Part shown: positions 1 to 8,796 of the stretch, one piece after another
How the letters are laid out: each line of letters opens with the position of its first letter
Position numbering within the stretch: position 1 is the first letter of the stretch
Source of the DNA: an uncultured delta proteobacterium
GTDB taxonomy: Bacteria; Desulfobacterota; Desulfobacteria; Desulfobacterales; SG8-13
Direction of reading: 5' to 3'
DNA: 64,000 nucleotides
Assembly: GCA_963848135.1 (NCBI GenBank)
Contig: CAWKCK010000018.1
Location: 448,938 to 512,937 of the forward strand
Program-made: the position numbers and the translations under genes
Notes under the pieces: generated by a model
Told to the model about the DNA's origin: nothing
What the model saw: the letters and a program-made list of their open reading frames with translations, nothing else
The model's database searches: none

Positions 1-352
1 ATTTGGTGTATCTGATTGGCAGCAAATTGATAAATCATGGAAAAATATTGAACTGTAATGGGAAGTGGATGACAATAAATATGTAAAGCACCTTGGCATG
101 ATCAAAGAAAGGTTCAATTTCAGATATGTTCAAAATACTTGCAAAAATTCACATCTATAAAAACCTGTGATATAAAAAAATATCAAAACTTTCCCCAAAG
201 TTGGGATATGTAAGATGAAATCACAAATATTATAGCGCTCCAAAATATTCAATTTTCTTACCAATAAAGTAACGGCGCCAAAGGTCAGAAAATATACCGA
301 TACGATTCGGCTATACTGATCAAATTAATCAATGTTAGCCGCCGAACCTCAA

Positions 353-1204
353 TCATCCGATTTCAAAGGACGTCACTCCATAAAGACGATTTAACGGCAT
401 ATCAGGCTTTTCCCCCTTATACATTCTGGCGGTCTCAAACGAAACATTCATATTATTGCGTTCTGCCAACTCTACAGCAGCCCGATTAACTTCTGGTGTA
501 TCCAGATAAAATAGTTCTGATGGTTTGGCCTTGGATTTCAATGCCCAAAGAAGCAATTCAGCCAATTCCGGGTTTTCTGCAAAAAGGGGCCCTATTTTAT
601 AACCAGAGCGGCACTGACGAATGACACCATAACCAGCAAGCTTGCCGTTTTTCTTAATTCCCAGAGCATCAGCGCCAGTTTGATTGATCCAAGATTTGAT
701 AAAACGAGATCGGTTTGCAGGGAAAAATGGCCGATCGTATGAATCGATCGTTTCAAAAGGCAACGTGTACAACTTTACAATTTCAGCATTTTCAGGTGGA
801 TTACTGCCGCCGACCCCTTCGTACCGAATGTTGCGATAGGCCAATTTGAAACCTGACTTTTTGTAGTTGGCCTGCTGTCCCACGACGCCATCAAGACCAA
901 TATTACGCCCTTTAAGATATTTAAGGCCAGCGTTCCAAATTTGAATACCATAGCCTTTGCCGCGATATTCTGGTTTGACAATGTAGAATCCCAGAAAACC
1001 AAAAGTCATACCGTATTTGATCACAGAAATTGTGGCAATGGGTTCATCGTCAAGAAACCCAATAAGAAAACCATTCGGATCGGCGGTGTAGTAGCAGTCG
1101 GCGTCATGGAACCCAGGATTCCAACCTTCCTTTGCTGCCCATTCAATAGCAATGTCAATTTCCTTTCGGCTCATTGTTTTGATTATGTAGTCTTTGCCTT
1201 GCAT
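353..1204 (-). CDS. GNAT family N-acetyltransferase (two-domain, YitH-like)
   Basis: 283-aa ORF with acetyl-CoA motif VKPEYRGKGYG, then GLDGV..QQANYKKSGF and a C-terminal KIGPLFA domain. Confidence 0.85.
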   Translation of the reverse strand: MQGKDYIIKTMSRKEIDIAIEWAAKEGWNPGFHDADCYYTADPNGFLIGFLDDEPIATISVIKYGMTFGFLGFYIVKPEYRGKGYGIQIWNAGLKYLKGRNIGLDGVVGQQANYKKSGFKLAYRNIRYEGVGGSNPPENAEIVKLYTLPFETIDSYDRPFFPANRSRFIKSWINQTGADALGIKKNGKLAGYGVIRQCRSGYKIGPLFAENPELAELLLWALKSKAKPSELFYLDTPEVNRAAVELAERNNMNVSFETARMYKGEKPDMPLNRLYGVTSFEIG

Positions 1205-1329
1205 AGGATCGTCCTGAAAATTTTATGATCATTTATGGGCTAAAAAATTTTATACGGATCTGAGCATTATCACTTTTGTAATGTTACCCAACCAAAATGC
1301 GAATCGTGGTGCGATAAAGATACATTAAA

Positions 1330-1380
1330 ACTATATGGAAATAATTCGGGAGGTCAATACTAAGGACAGCTTTCCAGTAT
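1330..1380 (-). promoter_or_regulatory. Conserved 51-bp element containing a sigma70-like promoter (copy 1)
   Basis: Minus strand TTGACC-16 bp-TATAGT; 44/51 identical by manual alignment to 11583..11633. Confidence 0.55.
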
Positions 1381-1588
1381 GACAACTGTCAAAAATTATA
1401 TCTTCGGTGAAGGTATGATGTGGCTATGAGGACCATTTGAAAAATACTTACAGATGCTCTATATAGCAACTATCTTTAGTTAGCAGGTCTTACAGGTAGG
1501 TCGAGTCTATCGCATGTGAAAGCTTTTTAATTCATCGGTGTTCGCATTGGCGTGTTGTGCATCACCGTAGACGGTTCATATAAATCAA

Positions 1589-2224
1589 TCACCGTCCCTC
1601 CCATCTTTTCCCCAAAGTGTGTTGGTGGCGCGGACTATTCCGTCTCACCATGGTAATTGGCTTACCGACCACGCTCACTTCGCTTTTTTCGGTGGTACAT
1701 AAGGATCCGGTGTGCCGAGAAGTATGGGTGGCTCCGCTTTCAAGGTTTTTTAGAAATTCCACGACCCGTGACATCACGACCGGCAGTATCCATGTCGAGT
1801 CAGGGGCGATATCCATATTCTCTTTCGGGTCTTTTGTAAGGTTGTAAACCAACGGAATGTTGCGTTTTTGCGGAATGCCGAACATACTGTTTAACTCGAT
1901 AAAATGGACCTTCCAGTTGCGCCACTTGTACGCAAAAAGATCATCGTGGTTATAAACGGGAAATCCTTTACGCTTGCTGTGCCCGTTCATAGTGAAGAAA
2001 AGATCGGACTGATCGATACCATCGATCAGTCGGTCGCTGGGCACTTGATAGCCGCCAACGCCGGAGAGTGTCGGCAATAGATCGGTGATGTGCAACATTT
2101 CATTGGTCACTTTTCCGGCCGGAACCTTTGATGGCCAGCGGATGATGAAAGGCGCCCGCAAGGAGCCTTCAAGTGCTGTGAATGAATTACCCCGCCGCAA
2201 GCGTACAGGGTAATTCATTGACAT
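1589..2224 (-). pseudogene. Arylsulfatase C-terminal fragment
   Basis: Motifs EGSLRAPFIIRWP, HITDLLPTL, IDGIDQ, YNLTKDPKE; the N-terminal CxPxR catalytic region is absent and the C-terminus appears frameshifted. Confidence 0.75.
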
Positions 2225-2614
2225 ACAACACGCAACTCCATATACTCCACTACTAAAAAAGGTAATTCGTTATCAATGATGATATCAAGCTCCTGGCGAC
2301 CACTTTGATTATATTCCCATGTTCTAATTTCTTTAGAAGATTATCCTTATATTGTTCTTTTCAGGGATTGATTTGGTGGGTCTAAATTGTTATAAAGGTA
2401 AAGAGGGCCAATTTGCTGATAATGGATTGGCCAATTTTGACTGTTAAATGTTATTCTTTCTTGGATCATATCTACCTTCTTTTTAATTTTATCTTAAATA
2501 TCAGGCAGAGATTGACCTCTTTCTCAAAACCTGTCAATTCTCATTTTGTTATGTAGAGTGGCAAGCAAATCTTACACTCATGTTATTACTGGATCTTACT
2601 TTTTTTGTTAGCAG

Positions 2615-3763
2615 GTGATGCGAATGTACAAAATAATAAGAATAGTCAGATCTGCTATATTTACCATTATTATCCTGTCCCCCTGTTTTTGTGCTATGGC
2701 AGGACCAGTCCCAGATACAGGCCAAACCAAATGTTACAATGACTCTGTTGAGATCACATGTCCTGAACCGGGAGAAGACTTTTATGGTCAAGATGCCCAG
2801 TACCAAATAAATCCACCCTATTTTACCAAACTTGATGCCCAAGGTAATGACTTGCCTGGTACAGCCACCTCCTGGGTAATGGTTCGAGACAATGTGACCG
2901 GGTTGATATGGGAAAATAAAAAAGACATGGATGGGATTATATACAGTTATTCTAATACCCATGATGCAGACAATTCGTACACCTGGTATGACAGTAATCC
3001 AGATACCAATGGTGGCGATGCCGGCAATCCTGGAGATGGAAGGGATACAGAGGATTTTATTTATGCTTTAAATTCTGACAATTTCGGAGGGTTTTCAGAC
3101 TGGCGCCTACCAACCACAGAGGAACTGCTTTCCATTGTTGATTATGGAAGATATGACCCCTCTATAGATACAACCTATTTCCCCAATACTAAGTTGTGGT
3201 ATTATTGGTCGTCCACTACCAAAGTGCGCTTTGTAGATAGGGCGTGGCGTGTCAGTTTCGAGGATGGCGAGGTTGATTGGGACTATAAAAGGATTAGCAG
3301 ATATGTTCGTGCTGTACGCGGAGAACAGTCTGAAAAAACCTATGTTGATAATGGTAACGGGACAGTTACGGATGTATCCACAGGACTGGTATGGCAGCAG
3401 GCAACGGCCGGACCAATGGACTTGAAATCAGCCCTCAAATATTGTGAAAGACTTACTCTTGGGGGTTGTTCCAATTGGAGGCTCCCGAATATCAAGGAAC
3501 TGGCATCGATTGCAGACTTCAGTAAGGTAAGTCCTACAATAGATACAACTTATTTTCCCATTACCCAGGCGTATTTCTACTTTTCGTCTACTACCAATGC
3601 TGCTATTACCGAGAATGTGTATCTCCTGGAATTCAATAGCGGATATATTTATAGTTACGCGAAGTCCTTTGACTACGTTTTTGTCCGTGCCGTGCGCGAA
3701 GGGCAGTGTGTGGAATCCAAAATAATGAACATGCCATGGCTTAATATTTTGCTGGATGATTAA
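2615..3763 (+). CDS. Secreted DUF1566 (Lcl C-terminal-like) domain protein
   Basis: Signal-peptide-like N-terminus, PDTGQTKCY, two repeats of D.VTGL.W...WRLP...EL.SI...YW/FSST...VRAVR. Confidence 0.85.
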   Translation: MMRMYKIIRIVRSAIFTIIILSPCFCAMAGPVPDTGQTKCYNDSVEITCPEPGEDFYGQDAQYQINPPYFTKLDAQGNDLPGTATSWVMVRDNVTGLIWENKKDMDGIIYSYSNTHDADNSYTWYDSNPDTNGGDAGNPGDGRDTEDFIYALNSDNFGGFSDWRLPTTEELLSIVDYGRYDPSIDTTYFPNTKLWYYWSSTTKVRFVDRAWRVSFEDGEVDWDYKRISRYVRAVRGEQSEKTYVDNGNGTVTDVSTGLVWQQATAGPMDLKSALKYCERLTLGGCSNWRLPNIKELASIADFSKVSPTIDTTYFPITQAYFYFSSTTNAAITENVYLLEFNSGYIYSYAKSFDYVFVRAVREGQCVESKIMNMPWLNILLDD

Positions 3764-3974
3764 TCTGATAGAACTAAAAAGCTCAAAAAAATAACTGGTA
3801 TTTATATCCTGGTAAATGTTTGTTCACAGATACGTAAGATGAAAGCTTAGTAATATCGTTCTTCCAAAATTTAAATGTTTCTTGCCAATAAACCAACTAT
3901 CGGAAATCACGCCATTCGAAACGATAGGGTCTGGCTATCACAAGCAAATCGACCAGATGATATGTCAGGGTTCA

Positions 3975-5401
3975 GGCAAGTAGCGCGGAGGAGTCTCACC
4001 CCTACGCCCTCCAAGAACCGTACGTGACAGTCTCCCGTCATACGGCTCCTACTGTCCAGCCGAAGGCCGGAAGCCAAATCCCCAGGATGCGAGCAGTCTG
4101 GGTTCCCGACGGGCTATACGTCCCAACCAATGGGCCGCCCTTCGCCAATGACCTCGCAGTCTTTTGTATTTCCGCATGGCCCAACGTACCAATGCATTTT
4201 GAATCTGACGTAAGATGGGATAAAGTGCTGTTTTGCGAAATTTGCCATAGTAATTCAACCAACCTCTAACCACGGGGTTGATTCGTTTGGCAATATCCTC
4301 CAAAGAAGCGGAACTCCACAATTGCAATTTCCACCCTCTTATTTTTGCACCCATCTCTTTGACGGCTGATTTGCTGACCGCTGGTGTAAAACCCACAAAG
4401 CAATTCCGCCCCTTACACAAACGAGCACGAAATTCATAGCCGAGAAAATCAAAACTCTCGTGCATGTAACTTCCCGGGCGTGTGGCGTTCTTACAATAGA
4501 CAATCTTCGTCTTCTGCGGACTCAATTTTAACTTACACCGCGCCAGCCGCAGTTCAATGGCTCTCAACATAAATTTTGCTTGAAATTCCGTACGGCAATG
4601 CACAATGATGTCATCCGCATACCTCGCAAATACAGCAATCGGATGGCTTACTCTCATCCATTCATCAAACACATGGTGAAGAAAAATATTGGCCAGCAAG
4701 GGGCTAATTACACCCCCTTGGGGTGTGCCCTTTTCTCTTTCGATTAGGCTGCCATCTGCCAGCTGTGCTGGAGCTTTTAGCCACCTCTCTATGTAGAGCA
4801 ATATCCACCTGCTATTCGTATGTTTCCTCACTGCATGTAACATCAGATTGTGGTCAATTTCATCGAAAAACCCTTGGATGTCTAAATCCAACACCCAGCC
4901 ATACCTCCAGCACCGCTTGCGAACCACGGCCACCGCATCAAGTGCCGATTTGCCGGTTATATAACCATAAGAGTCCGCATGAAATATCGGTGCCACTTGT
5001 GGCTCCGCCACTTGCGTTTCTCCCTTAACATCGAGACGACAGGTTCCCACGTTCCATACAAAAGCCTGAATCAAGGTCATGCCATCTTTATGCCGGACGC
5101 CGCCCAGACAGTAAGCAGGTGGCCTCTGGGCTTATCCTGGGATTCTGCTAGTACCCCAGTTTTGACGTCATCTCTGCCTTTTCGACACCTCAGCAATGGT
5201 TCGCTCGCGCTCATCTCCTTGATTCATACCTGATCCCGTCAAGCGAGACCTTTTCCTTAACGCTCACCACCCTGGCTCTTTACCAGCGCAGCTTAAGGTG
5301 GTTTGAAACCTGCTCCTGCAAGCCGGTTCCGAGGGGCCTACCCTCATCTTTTGTACAGTTACACACACTCTATTTATATTTAAAGTGCGCTCGTGGCACA
5401 C
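3975..5401 (-). mobile_element. Group II intron (IIB, RmInt1/class D-like), internally deleted
   Basis: 5' end GTGTGCCACG at 5401; domain V GAGCCGTATGACGGGAGACTGTCACGTACGGTTC (AGC triad) and domain VI ending ~3975; EBS1 TAGCAG (5145-5150) is complementary to exon end CTGCTA (5402-5407). Confidence 0.88.
4049..5080 (-). pseudogene. ltrA: Group II intron reverse transcriptase/maturase, N-terminally truncated
   Basis: FHADSYGY, DLDIQGFFD, GTPQGGVISPLLANIFLH, RYADD, FDFLG and domain X (INPVVRGWLNYY); RT0-RT2 start is missing, the first ~27 codons are intron RNA; no endonuclease domain. Confidence 0.85.
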
Positions 5402-5444
5402 TAGCAGCAAGCGTGAGCCGGTCAGACCTTATGCTTTGTTGTGG
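5402..5444 (-). other. Left half of an attC-like site, interrupted by the intron
   Basis: Minus strand CCACAAC-aaa-GCATAAG-gtctgaccggc just after the methyltransferase stop; same AACnnnGCATAAG start as the attC at 7557..7634. Confidence 0.5.
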
Positions 5445-5475
5445 GGGTATCTTGATTAACAATTAAGCTCATTTG

Positions 5476-6225
5476 CTAATTGATTCTTTGCATTATGAAG
5501 AACTCATAGCCATAAAAATCTGAAAATTTTTTATAGAGATCAATTTCATCTTCCATTTCTTTAAATATTCCTAATGCAATTTCATTACCTTGATATTTCT
5601 TATTCAACCGGGTTAATTCTTCTTCCATCGGAAGATAAAAACTATCAAGCCATGATGATTTAGGTAGGGTGAAATTAGAGATTAAATGGAATCTTTCATT
5701 CTGGATTAATTCAATCTTGTCTTTAGCAACCTTAATGTCTGGATATTCTTTATCAAAATATTGAATGAGAGGGGCAGGCGGATTATTCACAAGATATACA
5801 ATTTCCGTCACAGCTAAAATTCCATCATCTTTGAGTAATTGATGACACCTTCTTAAGCCATTCTGAAATCCCATGAAATACAAAGCCCCTTCTGACCAAA
5901 TGATGTCAAATGTATTATCCTCAAAATCCATATCAAACATTGATAAATTTTTAGGAACAATATGATCTAAAAGCTCTTCCTCCTTCGCATTTCTTATCAA
6001 TTTATCAAGAAATACTTGATGATTATCTAAAGCAATGATCCTGCCCTTTGACAGTTTTACTAATTCAATAGTTTGTACTCCAGGGCCACATCCAATATCT
6101 AAAATGAGGGGCTGCTCTGGTCGTTTTGGGATGTTATTAAAAGCCTTCCGAGTAGAACTATTATCGCCTGGGCCACCTCGTGGTAAGGCCTCAAACAATT
6201 CATAAAAATATTCCATTCCGTCCAT
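5476..6225 (-). CDS. Class I SAM-dependent methyltransferase
   Basis: LPRGGPG, ILDIGCGPG motif I, FDIIWSEGA. Confidence 0.9.
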   Translation of the reverse strand: MDGMEYFYELFEALPRGGPGDNSSTRKAFNNIPKRPEQPLILDIGCGPGVQTIELVKLSKGRIIALDNHQVFLDKLIRNAKEEELLDHIVPKNLSMFDMDFEDNTFDIIWSEGALYFMGFQNGLRRCHQLLKDDGILAVTEIVYLVNNPPAPLIQYFDKEYPDIKVAKDKIELIQNERFHLISNFTLPKSSWLDSFYLPMEEELTRLNKKYQGNEIALGIFKEMEDEIDLYKKFSDFYGYEFFIMQRIN

Positions 6226-6518
6226 TGCATATTTCCATCGCTGTGAAACTTATTAAATTCAAGATAACTTAGTTACTATGTCAAATCCAGATAAATTGAG
6301 AGTAACTCGTAAAAATCAGTTTCGTCAAGGCTCTTGCCTTCTTGCCAAAGGCAAAACTGTTCGTACTTACATCATTTATACAAATATGGTTTGGTAATCT
6401 CCAGGCAATCGGCGAATTGATAGATGCGGGGTCGTTGCAGATTGCAAAAGTTTCATTGTTAAACGCTTTGTAGACGAATATTCTGAAAGCCGCAAAATAA
6501 TGACACTGATAATTCCAA

Positions 6519-7250
6519 TCAGGCGTCGCCCCTTTTGTCTTTATTCTGCCTATTGATGTGTTCACGCATAATAAGATAAGCCCGTCGGTAGTTGAACACT
6601 CCGCCCGTAAAAAACAGTAAACTGCCGATCAAATATTGCCACGCAAGATATGCGTATAGGGTTGTGCGGTCCGATTCGGCCTGAACCTTCCAAAGGTATG
6701 GAACCGAAGCGACAGTGAAAAGAACCGACCCGACCACAAAAGATACCGCTGTCAAATTCATCAGCTGAAGTGTAGTAATCGAATCAGACTTGACGATTTG
6801 AAGGACGTTAATGCAAGCAGCGAGAACGAACAATAAGCTACCGAAGATAAAACACCAGGCTCCGGCTTTGATCCACCCGACGTAAGAGAGAAAAAAAACG
6901 CTGCCCAAGATAAACAAAATCGTGCCCCACATATAACCTACGGCTGCGGTAAACTCAAGGATTTGGTCACGGTCGTGGTGATGGTTTTTACTCCAATAGC
7001 GACGGACTTCAGCAAAATCATGCACTGTGACAATAAGATAAAGCAACGAACCAGTAAAAAAGGTCCACGCCCCGATGTTTGCGTAGGCTTCAAACTTAGG
7101 GAAGAAAAAAATACTGCCGATGATAAAAACGATTCCGCCAATTACATAAAGAACGGAATTTATCGCCTCCCATCGAAACTGCGCACGCAAGTCTGCCTTA
7201 TCTTTTGTCAGGCCGTGCAACCTACTCCGATTGACGAATAAATGGGGCAT
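6519..7250 (-). CDS. YrhK-like membrane protein (repeated YrhK domains)
   Basis: Repeated hydrophobic F.IGS.FF...GAW.F..GSLL units. Confidence 0.7.
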   Translation of the reverse strand: MPHLFVNRSRLHGLTKDKADLRAQFRWEAINSVLYVIGGIVFIIGSIFFFPKFEAYANIGAWTFFTGSLLYLIVTVHDFAEVRRYWSKNHHHDRDQILEFTAAVGYMWGTILFILGSVFFLSYVGWIKAGAWCFIFGSLLFVLAACINVLQIVKSDSITTLQLMNLTAVSFVVGSVLFTVASVPYLWKVQAESDRTTLYAYLAWQYLIGSLLFFTGGVFNYRRAYLIMREHINRQNKDKRGDA

Positions 7251-7452
7251 GCTACCTTCTCCTTAAGTAACGCTATGAGAATAGCCTCCTCATCTCATTG
7301 GTATAGAATTGAATCAACACACGAAAATTATTTATTAACAACTTTAAATTTCATGTCCTTAGTCCAACTTACGAAAATTGTATCATCTATAATGGTCCGC
7401 TGTGGCTATCTTAAGGATATCGGCAGATGTTAGTTCAATTGTCATAGCAGTA

Positions 7453-7515
7453 ATTTAACGTGGAGCTAACCTGCAGCGGAGCAGTTCCCGCTGTCAGAGT
7501 TTAGCGAGGTTATGT
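7453..7515 (-). other. attC-like integron recombination site
   Basis: Minus strand ACATAAC..GCTAAAC..CAGCGG/CCGCTG..GTTAGC..GTTAAAT; imperfect palindrome with an extra base in the left L box. Confidence 0.7.
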
Positions 7516-7556
7516 GATACGGTATAATACATTATTCACCCCACTCATTTTTTGAC

Positions 7557-7634
7557 ACATAACGCCAGTATTGAGACACTCTGTGCGGAATTCTCAGCGG
7601 CCTGCTCGGAATCGCCTCTTATGCATGGTTGGGT
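7557..7634 (-). other. attC-like integron recombination site
   Basis: Minus strand ACCCAAC-catGCATAAGAG...CTCAATACtggc-GTTATGT directly after the 78-aa gene; its R'' is complementary to GTTGGGT upstream of that gene (7934-7940). Confidence 0.6.
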
Positions 7635-7658
7635 TTTCCTCAGCTGCACGTCATTGGT

Positions 7659-7895
7659 TCATGATTTGGTCCATATGATGTCCATGTCGTCTTTGGTACC
7701 CAGCGCATCCCGCAACATCAGGATGAGCGTCTCGTCACCTCCATTCTTCTCTAATTGATCCAGTTGATCGCGGTTTATATAGTAATCTTGGTCTGTACTA
7801 CTTTCTTCCACGAGTTCATCTATTAAGAATTGGAGCTGTTTCTCATTAATCTCGCCTATCAATTCCTGAGTGTTCTTATTATGCAGCTTTATCAT
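7659..7895 (-). CDS. Small acidic conserved hypothetical protein (cassette gene)
   Basis: 78 aa, QLQFLIDELVEES..DQDYYIN pattern, purine-rich RBS, bounded by complementary core sites. Confidence 0.7.
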   Translation of the reverse strand: MIKLHNKNTQELIGEINEKQLQFLIDELVEESSTDQDYYINRDQLDQLEKNGGDETLILMLRDALGTKDDMDIIWTKS

Positions 7896-8796
7896 GTCTT
7901 TTTGCCCCTTTCGTTATCGACCATATTGTCGTAACCCAACATTATTTATTATGCGGCTATTCGCTTTTGACACCACAATCGTTAAATCTTTTAATTCCTG
8001 TAAAATTCAACCGTGAACTCACCTTTTCCCCGCAAACTACCCAACCATTATGAAATACATTGAATAACGGATTATTTAACACTATTATATAAAATAACAA
8101 ATATGACAATACAATCCAAATTAGCCGTTTTTTGTACGAATCATGACAATTATACGGAAAATACGCTTATTTTTTAAAAATAATTATTAGAGAGCCTGTC
8201 TTGTAACTGTTTTGCGATATTATTATTGGTGAGATCGATATTCAGCCATTTTTAAAGAGCGGAAAAATTACTTTGGTCCTTCCAACAAAAATACTTTCGG
8301 ACAGCGTTCGATATCTACTTCTCCACGGAAGGATCGGACTAACACCCGGGTGCAGGACACATTTCGGACAACGTTTTGTGTACCGACCGTTTGTCCAGCA
8401 CGGACGGGGCACTGCGCTACCGTTCTGGCAGGAAGGGTATTTTGTATCAGGTTGACGAACTTACTATCCGGTTATTCGGGGGGCAGACCAAGCTGGATGC
8501 CCAACTAACAAAGCTTTTGCAATGAATTGTGGCCGAGTTTAACGCTTGGAGCGATGTTTTCGGGGTTAAAAAAGGCGATGTAAGAAAGAACAACGGCTGC
8601 ATTTGTGAAGGCCTAACAATTAACGGTTAATAGTAATGAATAGTGGTATCAGTACTGCCAGGACCGGTACTGTTTTCCGGGATGAGCGCTCTAAGTATGC
8701 TTGGCAGAAAAAATGATCGCAGACATGTTCTGTACATTCTGTCATGAATGATCGGGCTGGCCCTTCTTTCTTCCTGTTTACACCAGAATTTTGGTG

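Noticed and set aside
1232..1244. TTTATGGGC resembling the IS110 target / RAYT end
   Set aside because: Followed by TAAA instead of GTCCC, so it has no core or right half; probably chance.
4049..5080. Reverse transcriptase as a retron, DGR or defence RT
   Set aside because: It has domain X and is embedded in recognisable group II intron domains V/VI and 5' end; no template/variable repeat pair or msr-msd was seen.
6281..6565. 94-aa ORF, and a possible attC between the YrhK and methyltransferase genes
   Set aside because: The ORF overlaps the YrhK end and has no motif. A GTTTAAC near 6458-6464 exists, but I could not build a convincing attC palindrome.
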